Positions 1-9,168 of a stretch of DNA of 64,000 bases are shown here, piece after piece; within the stretch, counting starts at the first letter, position 1, and every line of letters begins with the position of its first letter. The notes below the pieces were generated by a model that saw nothing but the letters and a program-made list of their open reading frames with translations, was not told the DNA's origin and ran no database searches. Origin of the DNA: a virus; IMG/VR virus record IMGVR_UViG_3300037137_001673, positions 11,971 through 75,970 of that record. The stretch is one strand, 5' to 3'. The position numbers were made by a program, and so were the translations under genes.

Positions 1-371
1 TTTTTATGTCTTTCCGTAAATTGTTTTCCAAAATTATGATTTTTTTCACCTTCTGTTGCTTTACTTATTTTTTTTATAGTTTCTTCACAATGATGTTTAT
101 TTTTATGTCCACCGCTATCAAGATTATATCCATTAGGAGAAATAGAATTGTATTTTTGTATATATTCTCGTTCTAAATCATCTAATTTTTCTTCTGGTAT
201 GTCTTCTATTAAAATTTTTTTGAAATTATTAATTGAGTATTCTCTTAAAGCAACTCCAATCAAAGAATGAGAATTTTGATGTTGTTTAAATCTTGTTTTA
301 AACAGTCTACAGGTTTGTCCTACATAACATTTACCATCAATTTTGTTTTCTAATATGTAAATTGTTCCCAT
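1..371 (-). CDS. GIY-YIG homing endonuclease (runs off window start)
   Basis: Read by hand, not in the ORF track: MGTIYILENKIDGKCYVGQT..., the same N-terminus as the other GIY-YIG copies. Confidence 0.85.
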   Translation of the reverse strand, partial: MGTIYILENKIDGKCYVGQTCRLFKTRFKQHQNSHSLIGVALREYSINNFKKILIEDIPEEKLDDLEREYIQKYNSISPNGYNLDSGGHKNKHHCEETIKKISKATEGEKNHNFGKQFTERHK

Positions 372-377
372 ACATTT

Positions 378-578
378 TTACTTTTTTGTCAAATTTTTTA
401 AAATCTTTTTCTTTTCCCAAGGGTCATAGTTGTAGACATCCTTATTTACAAATTCAACAATATATTTTAAGGATTTTATCATTATGTAACCCATACTTCC
501 ACCTTCATCTACATATTCGTGAATTTTTGGATTAAAAACTTTAAATAAATGAGCGATTTGTTTTATTTTTATTCTCAT
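378..578 (-). CDS. hypothetical protein
   Basis: 66-aa ORF directly behind a sigma70-like promoter (TTGACG...TATTAT) at ~584-615. Confidence 0.55.
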   Translation of the reverse strand: MRIKIKQIAHLFKVFNPKIHEYVDEGGSMGYIMIKSLKYIVEFVNKDVYNYDPWEKKKILKNLTKK

Positions 579-625
579 TATTCTATATAATACCTATCTA
601 TTCATTTCTCGTCAAATTTTTTTTC

Positions 626-634
626 GTAAAGATA
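626..634 (+). promoter_or_regulatory. putative late promoter GTAAAG(A/T)TA (first of 14 copies)
   Basis: Copies on + at 626, 3293, 4052, 4690, 4713, 6068, 10743, 11500, 12943, 15942, 26912; on - at 31967, 39868, 45047; nearly all at gene starts. Confidence 0.75.
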
Positions 635-639
635 ATTTT

Positions 640-825
640 ATGTATGAATTAATCCAAATACAACCCAATGATAAATTACGCAAATTTATAATTAAAAACG
701 AAGATAGAACTTGTGAGCTTGAAATTTCTAGAAGAGGTTCTTTTAAAGGAATAATCGAAAAAATTTATTCTAATGGTAAATATGAAGTAAGACTTCTAGA
801 GATGATACAAGAAAGTAGGGAATAA
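640..825 (+). CDS. hypothetical protein
   Basis: 61-aa ORF, ATG 5 nt after the late motif, abuts the neck gene. Confidence 0.65.
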   Translation: MYELIQIQPNDKLRKFIIKNEDRTCELEISRRGSFKGIIEKIYSNGKYEVRLLEMIQESRE

Positions 826-3276
826 ATGCCAACTTTAAGCGAAAAATTTAATTATATAGAATATAGTGACGCAACAGATTTTACAAATACTTCTGATGGA
901 AGAATTCAACTTAAGCAATACTCTGATGATTTGATATTCTACGCTCCTTTTGATGCTGTTATGGACGCCAAGTATTCTACTGGAGACCCAACTGCTGTTA
1001 CAAGTGGTACTATCTCTATCACTAATTTTGGCGTGTTTGCTCAATATGCTTATTTTCAGAATAGCGGTCTAGCTCGTTATGATACTACAAACTTTGATAG
1101 TTTAACAAATGAAGGAACTGTAAATTTTAGGTTTAGAACAGGGTTTAATAACGATTCGGGCCAGCAAGATTTTCTTGGAACAAGTGTAACTCCAGGTGAT
1201 ACCAGATACTATTTTAAATTTTATGTAGGTGGAACTTTTACTGGAGCAGATAGTCAATGGGTTAGTTTAGTTCCAGGCGATACTATGGGTTCTATTAAAA
1301 ATAAAATTTATGTAAAAGTAAATCCTTATAATGCTGTTACTACACTATTACAAAATAATCAAATTAGAACAGTTGCTACAAATAATGGTGATAGTGTATT
1401 TTATTTACCTTCTACAGCAACTAATGATTTAATTGCTTTACTTGGAGGATTAGGCACTTCTGTTATACCAAATAGTCCTACTGCCACTTCTGTTGATTTT
1501 ATGCAGTTCTATAATGGATTAAATAATAACAGCAGAATAATTTTAACTCATACTGGTGATAGCTCCCATTTACAATTAAAAATGTATAGTTCTACTGGAA
1601 CACTAGTTGTTGATGAAGATTTTGGAATTTGGTCCAATCACTATAATCAATGGTATGATTTTGAACTTGCTTGGAATTCTTCTATAGTACAACTTTTTAT
1701 TGATGGAGTTTTATTTGGTGTAGCAATGACTGGCTTTGCTAGAGGAAGTGGTAACTATCTTTATTTACAAACTAATGCAACTGATTTCTATAGATTTGAT
1801 GAATTCATAGTTTATGATGTTCAAAAACATTCTGGTACTTTTGTAGTTCCAACTCTTGCTCTTTCTGCCTATTCAACAGATAATCCTTACCTTGATATAC
1901 ATCTTGGTAAAAGCCCAAAACTTACAGAAGTTCAGGATTTAAATTTAATATGTTCTACTGGTTGTTATTTTGTGGTAGAAATTGGTGACGCTTGGTATTA
2001 TTATATTGGTGGATCTTGGCAAGTATCTGATGCTACTTTTGCGCAAAGTTCAACTCCAGATTTAATGGAAACAAAATTTACCAGTCTTCTATTTAATGAA
2101 AATTTAGATCTTACTATTAGGGTAATTTTTCACTCTGATGGAGTAGCAAATGTTTGGTTAAGTGAAATAGAAATTGTTACACTTCAAGGAACTTCTGTTC
2201 AAGCGGTAGTAACTGGATTTGTAAGTTTATTGAGCCCTACAGATTTATCTACCAATTACAATATTTTACTATCGACTAATTTAGGTTCATCAACAGTTAA
2301 TTGTTCTACTGGAGCTGGAAATGTAACTGCTGTAACTTTAAGTGAAATTAAAGCAGCAATTTTAGGTTCCTCAGTTCTGGGACTGGCAATTCCATCAGAT
2401 GATGGGCTAGGACATTTAGTTTTAAAAACTTCTACTTATGGAGATAGTGCTTGGATTAGTGTAACAAATGCTGGAACTTTTGATGCACTTTCAATTATTT
2501 TTGGAGGAACTGCTTCTGCTATTGGAGTTACTCCACAGGGTTCAAGTATTGATTATTCAGAACTTTTTAGATATGTGCGCTCAAAATTAGGAGAACCAAC
2601 GCTTCCAGTAGAACTTACAGACGAACAACTTATGGATTGCCTAGCAGACGCTACATTCCACTACAACAGGTGGAGAAACTTCAAGGAAGAGTTAATTTAC
2701 ACAAGCCTATCTGGTGATGCCAAAAATGGTTACTTAATTCCTCCAGTTGTTGGTGGTGCAGATAATATACTAGAGATAATAGTAGCATCTCGCTATCCAT
2801 ATTCATTCTATGCTGGTAAGTCTGATGATATAATTGGAAATCTTTATGTTCAGTCTATATTTCATAAATGGAAAAGCGCTGGTTTATTGTCCGATATATT
2901 ATCTGATTATTATATGGTGATAAGTACAGCGGAAGACATAAACATAATTCTTGGAACTCAAGTTAAGTGGGAAATTATGAATGGTAGATTATTCATAACT
3001 CCTCCACCTAATTCTATGAATATAGGAATAAAATATAGAGGTGCTTTATCACCACAAGAAGTTGTTACTAATTACTGGGTGAGGAGAATGGTACTTGCTG
3101 AGGCAAAAGTAGTTCTGGGAAATATAAGAGATACTTTCAAAAGTGGTATACCGGGAGGCACTGAGATGATAATGCTCCGTGGCGCTGAACTCATAGCAGA
3201 AGGCAAAGAAGAAAAAGATGCATTAATAGAAGAAATGAAAAAGTCCAGCGAACCGCTACTGTTTGATTGGTTTTAG
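826..3276 (+). CDS. neck / head-tail adaptor (T4 gp13-like) with N-terminal LamG/concanavalin-like extension
   Basis: C-terminal ~240 aa (YVRSKLGEPTLPVELTDEQLMDCLADA...GGTEMIMLRGAELIAEGKEE) resembles gp13; N-terminal EGTVNF...WYDFELAW...LFIDG...FDEFIVYD is LamG-like. Confidence 0.75.
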   Translation: MPTLSEKFNYIEYSDATDFTNTSDGRIQLKQYSDDLIFYAPFDAVMDAKYSTGDPTAVTSGTISITNFGVFAQYAYFQNSGLARYDTTNFDSLTNEGTVNFRFRTGFNNDSGQQDFLGTSVTPGDTRYYFKFYVGGTFTGADSQWVSLVPGDTMGSIKNKIYVKVNPYNAVTTLLQNNQIRTVATNNGDSVFYLPSTATNDLIALLGGLGTSVIPNSPTATSVDFMQFYNGLNNNSRIILTHTGDSSHLQLKMYSSTGTLVVDEDFGIWSNHYNQWYDFELAWNSSIVQLFIDGVLFGVAMTGFARGSGNYLYLQTNATDFYRFDEFIVYDVQKHSGTFVVPTLALSAYSTDNPYLDIHLGKSPKLTEVQDLNLICSTGCYFVVEIGDAWYYYIGGSWQVSDATFAQSSTPDLMETKFTSLLFNENLDLTIRVIFHSDGVANVWLSEIEIVTLQGTSVQAVVTGFVSLLSPTDLSTNYNILLSTNLGSSTVNCSTGAGNVTAVTLSEIKAAILGSSVLGLAIPSDDGLGHLVLKTSTYGDSAWISVTNAGTFDALSIIFGGTASAIGVTPQGSSIDYSELFRYVRSKLGEPTLPVELTDEQLMDCLADATFHYNRWRNFKEELIYTSLSGDAKNGYLIPPVVGGADNILEIIVASRYPYSFYAGKSDDIIGNLYVQSIFHKWKSAGLLSDILSDYYMVISTAEDINIILGTQVKWEIMNGRLFITPPPNSMNIGIKYRGALSPQEVVTNYWVRRMVLAEAKVVLGNIRDTFKSGIPGGTEMIMLRGAELIAEGKEEKDALIEEMKKSSEPLLFDWF

Positions 3277-3306
3277 AGTTATTAGAGATTTTGTAAAGTT
3301 ATTTAT

Positions 3307-4674
3307 ATGAATAAAAATGTTTTGGAGTATATAAAAAAAGCAAAAGAACAAAATTTTAGCGAAAGAAGTTTAATTAATGTTTTTGATGAAACTTGGAATA
3401 ATTCTAGATCTGGAATTTCTATAGTAGCAGGTTCAACAGAAGTTATTAAGTATTTAAAAAGAAGGGGAATTTCTAATTTTTTAATTAAAAGTGCCTTAAT
3501 TAAAAGTGACATTATGTTTAATTTATATGAAAGAGAAAAAGAAGAAATTTTATTTTTATTACCAACTGGAATAAAAGAAACAGAAAAAGAAATAAAAAAT
3601 ATGAAATCCGGAAGTAAAAAGTTAGAAAATAAACCTTTAAAGTTAAAAGAATGGATAAGTGAAACTACAGAATATGAATATTTAGTTGATGCGCTAGGTC
3701 ATAAAAAAAAGCTAGATTTTAATTCTCATTACAAAAATTTTGCTAATGATAGAGCAATACCTTTAAATATTTTTATAGAAAAATCTTTATGGGAAAATTT
3801 AGATGAACACGAAGCAATAAATATTTTAATTCAAGCAAAAAAGTGGCAATCTTTAATGTGGATTTTAGAAAAAGATTCTGGCTGGCAATTAGATAAAAAT
3901 GATGAAGATAAAGTATTTAATTATTTAGCAGCAGAACCAAATTTTCATAAAGTTGGCTGGGGAGCATCTGAAATAGTTAAAGAAAGAATTAAAAATAGAG
4001 CAATGAATAGTCAGTCCCAGAAATTACAAAATAAACCCTTAAAATTAGAAGGTAAAGTTAAACATATGAATGACTTAAGAAACTATTTAGACGATAAAGA
4101 AGAAGAACTACTAGACAAAGAACTTAAAGAAGATGTTTTTGGAGTAATAGGTTCTGCGCTAGGATATACAATTGGAGCAGCAGCGCTAGCTTTTGGTGGT
4201 ACTCTTTTAATTATAGCTGGGAAGAAATATGTCTTAAAAATGAGAGATTTATGGCAGAAAATTTTTAGCAGAAAAAAGAAACCAAATGTAGAAAGTAAAA
4301 CTGCCGAACAAGTAATGCATGAGATTGAAACAGATGCGAAAGTAAAATCAGAAAAAGCAAAAATTGAGGCTAAAAAAAGGGCTTATGAAGATAAACTACA
4401 TGAAGTTTATTTAGCAATAGAGAATAAAGATTTTAACAAAGCAAAAGAAGAGTTCTACCAAGTAGATAGAAATTTACAAAATAGTCCAGATGTTCATAAA
4501 GCAATAATTTTTGAAGTAACTAAAGTGTTAAAAGAACCACCACTTTATGTAAAATCACCCGGAAATACTTCTTATCAAGCAATTAAAAAATTATTAAATA
4601 TAAGAGTGGCTAGAGCAGCAGCTTCAGCAGTGCAGCAAAGTTTAGTATCGGCTAGTGGTGGAGAAATTGAATAA
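3307..4674 (+). CDS. hypothetical late protein, probably with a second in-frame start at 4066
   Basis: 455-aa ORF; internal late motif at 4052 followed by in-frame ATG; one hydrophobic segment in the C-terminal half. Confidence 0.7.
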   Translation: MNKNVLEYIKKAKEQNFSERSLINVFDETWNNSRSGISIVAGSTEVIKYLKRRGISNFLIKSALIKSDIMFNLYEREKEEILFLLPTGIKETEKEIKNMKSGSKKLENKPLKLKEWISETTEYEYLVDALGHKKKLDFNSHYKNFANDRAIPLNIFIEKSLWENLDEHEAINILIQAKKWQSLMWILEKDSGWQLDKNDEDKVFNYLAAEPNFHKVGWGASEIVKERIKNRAMNSQSQKLQNKPLKLEGKVKHMNDLRNYLDDKEEELLDKELKEDVFGVIGSALGYTIGAAALAFGGTLLIIAGKKYVLKMRDLWQKIFSRKKKPNVESKTAEQVMHEIETDAKVKSEKAKIEAKKRAYEDKLHEVYLAIENKDFNKAKEEFYQVDRNLQNSPDVHKAIIFEVTKVLKEPPLYVKSPGNTSYQAIKKLLNIRVARAAASAVQQSLVSASGGEIE

Positions 4675-4749
4675 TGATAAAGGGAACTTGTAAAGATAAA
4701 TTTTGAGTTTATGTAAAGATAAAGTAGAATTTATTTATAGGAGAATAGT

Positions 4750-5214
4750 ATGGCTCTAACAGTTAACAATAAGGCAGATCGTGAAATTCTTTATAGATTG
4801 CTAGGAACAGCACAGGATGGAAGCTGGCAGGGTAAACCTGGGGATACAATGAAGTTGTGTCTCTATAAAGGTGGAAGAGCAATTGGTGTTGGAGATAGTA
4901 AGTATGGTCTCATAGAAAGTTCAGGATCTGGATATGCAAAAATTATTCTTGCTCCTAACTCTTGGGTAATTTCTACTACACTTCCCGCCAATGGTGATAC
5001 TAATATGGCATCTTACGCCCAGCAGACATTCACCTACACTGGCGCTGACTCTGTTGCGGGATACTATATGTCAACTATGAGAATGCGTGGATCACTTACA
5101 TCAGCAACTTCCGATAGCACAATTATGTGGAGGGAAGCATTCACAGATGGTCCATACATCATACCAGCTGGCGGTGGTACTATAAAAATTACTCCTCGCC
5201 TGATAATGAGGTAG
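4750..5214 (+). CDS. small virion fibre subunit
   Basis: SD AGGAG, two late motifs upstream; beta-rich 154 aa ending GGTIKITPRL, typical of phage fibre-associated proteins. Confidence 0.65.
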   Translation: MALTVNNKADREILYRLLGTAQDGSWQGKPGDTMKLCLYKGGRAIGVGDSKYGLIESSGSGYAKIILAPNSWVISTTLPANGDTNMASYAQQTFTYTGADSVAGYYMSTMRMRGSLTSATSDSTIMWREAFTDGPYIIPAGGGTIKITPRLIMR

Positions 5215-5298
5215 TCTACGCCAACACCCAAACGATTTTTTTGAGGTTTAAGTCCATTTTTGCTTGACAAAAATGGACTTTTTTATTATTATAGTCAC

Positions 5299-6012
5299 AT
5301 GGGTACAATATATATTATAGAAAATAAAATTAATGGAATGTGTTATGTGGGACAAACTACACAATCTTTTAATGATAGATTTAGGCAGCATAATCAATCG
5401 CATTCTTATATTGGAAATGCTTTACGCAAACATGGAGTTGCTAATTTTAATAGGATATTACTAGAAAATATATCAGAAGATAAAATGGATGAAGTAGAAA
5501 AAGAATGTATTGTAAAATACAACGCTATTTATCCTAATGGATATAATTTACAAGATGGTGGGTGTGGTAATAAGCATCAGCATCCAGAAACTAAACAAAA
5601 ATTAAGTAAAATACAAGAAGGTAAAATGGTTGGTGAACTTAATCCCTTCTTCGGTAAGCATCACACTGATGAAAGTAACATGAAAAATGCTGCTGCACAT
5701 ACTGGTAAGATTGGTGGTATGAATGGAATTGCCCAAACTGATGAAGCTAGGCATCTTATGTCTATTGCTAAAAAAGGTAATACTTATAGGCGTGGTTCTC
5801 ATCATACTGAAGAAGCAAAAGAGAAAAATCGTTTGGCTCATCTAGGTGTCATTCCTGTAAATAAAGGAATTCGTGTTCCACATTTGTGTCCAGTTTGTAA
5901 AAATCCAGTAAAAGAGAAATATGGTTTAAGGGGTGAGTTTCAAGGTTATCAAAAATCTTGTGGAAATTTTAATTATATAAAAAGTTTAAGAAAAGTTAAA
6001 TTATTGGTTTAA
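5299..6012 (+). CDS. GIY-YIG homing endonuclease with NUMOD3 repeats
   Basis: MGTIYIIEN...YVGQT; GKHHT/HHTEE repeats; C-terminal CPVC; start moved from 5260 to the ATG at 5299 by paralogue alignment; TTGACA promoter just upstream. Confidence 0.9.
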   Translation: MGTIYIIENKINGMCYVGQTTQSFNDRFRQHNQSHSYIGNALRKHGVANFNRILLENISEDKMDEVEKECIVKYNAIYPNGYNLQDGGCGNKHQHPETKQKLSKIQEGKMVGELNPFFGKHHTDESNMKNAAAHTGKIGGMNGIAQTDEARHLMSIAKKGNTYRRGSHHTEEAKEKNRLAHLGVIPVNKGIRVPHLCPVCKNPVKEKYGLRGEFQGYQKSCGNFNYIKSLRKVKLLV

Positions 6013-6032
6013 GTATTATTTTTTTCATTATT

Positions 6033-6065
6033 AAGAGCAATCATAATTGATTGCTCTTTTTTTTT
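6033..6065 (+). terminator. intrinsic terminator
   Basis: AAGAGCAATC-ATAATT-GATTGCTCTT plus T run; identical to 12909-12940. Confidence 0.8.
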
Positions 6066-6215
6066 CTGTAAAGTTAATTTTGAGGTTTTAATGAAATTAT
6101 TTTATTTGGCATTACTAATTAATGAATTCTTTTAAGCAGGATTTAGATATGCCATGGTCGGTAATCAAGTTGCTTGAACATCACCGCAGCCCGAGATATG
6201 GATAGAGGAGAATAA

Positions 6216-6416
6216 ATGACAAAACCTGAGGCGATTACTTTTCTTAATACTATAACACCAACAACGGTGAGTATGGTAACTATTGATGCCGTGAAGTGGG
6301 CAGATTTCAAAACTACAGTGTTAGCGATATTGGCCGATAACTCTTCTGATCCGAAATGGAAGGCGGCTGTTCTTGCTATGGATGCCATTGATAACGCTGC
6401 CGTAAAGTCAACGTAG
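6216..6416 (+). CDS. hypothetical protein
   Basis: 66 aa, SD GAGGAG. Confidence 0.6.
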   Translation: MTKPEAITFLNTITPTTVSMVTIDAVKWADFKTTVLAILADNSSDPKWKAAVLAMDAIDNAAVKST

Positions 6417-6426
6417 GTACAGGTAG

Positions 6427-7875
6427 ATGACTTACTATTGGGTTGCAGAACGCTATACGGGGGGGACAAAGAACGGAGGAGAATCTACCCCTTGGAATAA
6501 TTGGGCTGGTATAAACTGGACTACTATTTCAACCGCACTCAGCTCGGACAGTGTAACAATTTATTTTGATTCTCGCGGGGATTGGTCAGCGCAAGGTTCT
6601 GTGGCCGTCGGGTCTTCGGGTAATGCGAGTTATCGCCTCTACCTTTTGGGGGATGCGAAGTATTGCACAGGTACCTCTACTGTCACATGGTTCACTGAGG
6701 ATTCTCCAGGGGTTGGAAATACAGGAAACCGTGCGCTGTTTGGAGATACAATTTACACTGGGACTAACCGTGCTTACGTTACCATTAAGGGCTTTCATAT
6801 CCAGACGCCTTCATACACTGGGGTAGGAGACAATGGAGGTTCATCAGAAGTCAATACCTACATAACGGTTGATAATTGCTATGTGGAGGGACCGACAGGA
6901 GCAAGCCAACCGGGTATTAATTTCTCGCGCTTATCTACTGGGAGCCACGACATCATCGTTAGGTATTGCTATGTCTGGAAGTCAACAGCGGAAGCAGTAT
7001 ATATTGGGCACTCTTCAGAGATGGATAACTATCTAACGGGAGTGATTGTCGAGTATAACACACTGGTAGATTGTGGGACTAGTGGCGAAGGTGACATAGA
7101 CATCAAGCCAAATGTCGAAGCCCCCATCATCCGATACAACACCCACTATGATACTTCTCTCGCCGCTGCTTCTTGTGGTGTAGCTTGCTATGCTGATAAG
7201 GCCGAGATATACGGCAATAAGTTCTATACATTAAAAACGAAAGGCTCCGAGTGGGGTTGGGGCATCATGCTCACCAACTATGGTTCGGATGGGGGGACAC
7301 GGAAAGTAATCACATCGTGTTTGATCTATAACAATTTAATCTATTCAAATGAACTGGATGGGATTAAAATTGACGCTACGGGTGCTGGGGCTAACATGAC
7401 CGGCATCAAGATCAATAGCAACGTTATAGCATCGAATGCCAGATATGGAATTAGCACTGCTGTAGTTTCGACTATTACGATATCCGAGATGAAAAATAAC
7501 ATATTCTATAGCAATGTGAATTACGATGTTCAGTTTGTAAGTAGCGTGGTGATAACTTCGGCGAATAACAACTGCTGGTATCGCCCGAGTGGTAATAGTT
7601 GGTATTACCAAGGAGCAGCGCATACGTGGGCGGAATGGCAGGGGCATGGGTTTGATGCGGCGGGTGTGAACTCTGATCCACTATTTACCAATCCAGGCTC
7701 AGGTGTTTACACGTTGCAAGCGGGTTCTCCTGGATTAAATACAGGTGCCACTTTGGGATCACCATTCAATATAGACATTCTTGAAGTAGCGAGGCCCCAA
7801 GGAGCAGCATATGATATGGGGGCTTATGAAGCAGTATCGGGTAGCGGGACTAAATTCGTGATGGTGTTGAGGTAA
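6427..7875 (+). CDS. parallel beta-helix (pectin-lyase-like) virion protein / putative depolymerase
   Basis: PbH-type repeats (IYNNLIYSN, IFYSN); C-terminal DPLF...LQAGSP...RPQGAAYDMGAYE (choice-of-anchor-Q-like). Confidence 0.7.
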   Translation: MTYYWVAERYTGGTKNGGESTPWNNWAGINWTTISTALSSDSVTIYFDSRGDWSAQGSVAVGSSGNASYRLYLLGDAKYCTGTSTVTWFTEDSPGVGNTGNRALFGDTIYTGTNRAYVTIKGFHIQTPSYTGVGDNGGSSEVNTYITVDNCYVEGPTGASQPGINFSRLSTGSHDIIVRYCYVWKSTAEAVYIGHSSEMDNYLTGVIVEYNTLVDCGTSGEGDIDIKPNVEAPIIRYNTHYDTSLAAASCGVACYADKAEIYGNKFYTLKTKGSEWGWGIMLTNYGSDGGTRKVITSCLIYNNLIYSNELDGIKIDATGAGANMTGIKINSNVIASNARYGISTAVVSTITISEMKNNIFYSNVNYDVQFVSSVVITSANNNCWYRPSGNSWYYQGAAHTWAEWQGHGFDAAGVNSDPLFTNPGSGVYTLQAGSPGLNTGATLGSPFNIDILEVARPQGAAYDMGAYEAVSGSGTKFVMVLR

Positions 7876-7881
7876 TCAAAT

Positions 7882-9168
7882 ATGGCATTTACTGATTACG
7901 GTGGGATATTTGCTACCTTCCCTACCCTTGATCCGGATGCGGGGGTCGATCCTGGCCTCGACGATGAGATTCATGCTCGGTCCTTCGCTTGCCCTGGAGC
8001 TGGGAATCAAGTAATTAACAAAATAGGGGCATGGATTGAACGGGGGGCATCCCCTACAAAATGTCGCTTCCTCATTTATACGGATAGTTCGGGAAGCCCG
8101 GGTACTATAGTCGCGAACTCCCTGACGACTGAGGTGACTCTCTCCTTAGCAGCGTGGATTTCCTTCACCTACTCAACGAAACCCGTTCTGGTCGGGGGAA
8201 CAACCTATTGGCTAGCAACGTGGGGAAGTTCAACGGGTGGCTTATACGACTTCTCGCCAGGGTACAGTGTCTTTACGGAATTCATCGGGAAGTATACGGC
8301 TCAAGTTTATAGTAGCGGCGGAACGCCATCGGGAGAATCATGGACAGACTTAAATAACCTAGTACAACTTGCGGCGGAGTACCAAGCGGAGGGTGGCGGA
8401 GGTGGGGGGGTTTACTCCCCTATTGGTTCTGCCACTACTTCTGGTTCTGCAACTACTTTTAGTGGTTTATTTATTATAGATGCAGAAACAGGTAACACAA
8501 ATCAATTCACAGGGATTGCTCAGTCAGGAGCAACTACCTTTACTGCTCAAAGTGGAACTATTCTCCATGGATCATATAGTTTTCTTTCGCATTTTGCTGG
8601 AGCCTATGCCTATGCTTACGGATACAAGAATCTTATTTCGAACTATACTGAACTTTATACAAGAATGTATTTTAGAATAGGATCGCTAGCTCTAACAAAT
8701 GGTCAATATGTTCTACTTCTCACTATGATGAGCGGGGGAGAAGGTGGAACGGAAATGGCGCAATTTCGTCTCTATCAGAAAGCTACCAATCAGTATGGAT
8801 ATATGTACTGTTGCACGGATCAAACCGGATTTCAGGTTAGAGTAAATAATAGTACGGTAGATGTTTTCAATCCCTCAGAAACTCACTATATTGAAGTACA
8901 CACAAAAATTGGTACAACCGATGGAATTGAATCATTGCTTATAGATGGCACTTCCGTTTATTCCGCAACCAACATTGATAATCATACTTATAATATGAAT
9001 TGCGTCCAATGCGGGGTATTTAATGGTTCAACTCCTACAAGTGGGGATGTATATACGGATGACTTGAAGATTTCTCAAACAGGCCCTATTGGAGCGTATC
9101 CTACAAGTGGTGTTAGTAGTATTATAACAAAAGTATTTAATTTTTTTCGAATGAGAAGAAATAGTTAA
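7882..9168 (+). CDS. two-domain putative receptor/carbohydrate-binding fibre protein
   Basis: Beta-sandwich N-terminal domain, linker VYSPIGSATTSGSATT, lectin/polysaccharide-lyase-like C-terminal domain. Confidence 0.6.
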   Translation: MAFTDYGGIFATFPTLDPDAGVDPGLDDEIHARSFACPGAGNQVINKIGAWIERGASPTKCRFLIYTDSSGSPGTIVANSLTTEVTLSLAAWISFTYSTKPVLVGGTTYWLATWGSSTGGLYDFSPGYSVFTEFIGKYTAQVYSSGGTPSGESWTDLNNLVQLAAEYQAEGGGGGGVYSPIGSATTSGSATTFSGLFIIDAETGNTNQFTGIAQSGATTFTAQSGTILHGSYSFLSHFAGAYAYAYGYKNLISNYTELYTRMYFRIGSLALTNGQYVLLLTMMSGGEGGTEMAQFRLYQKATNQYGYMYCCTDQTGFQVRVNNSTVDVFNPSETHYIEVHTKIGTTDGIESLLIDGTSVYSATNIDNHTYNMNCVQCGVFNGSTPTSGDVYTDDLKISQTGPIGAYPTSGVSSIITKVFNFFRMRRNS

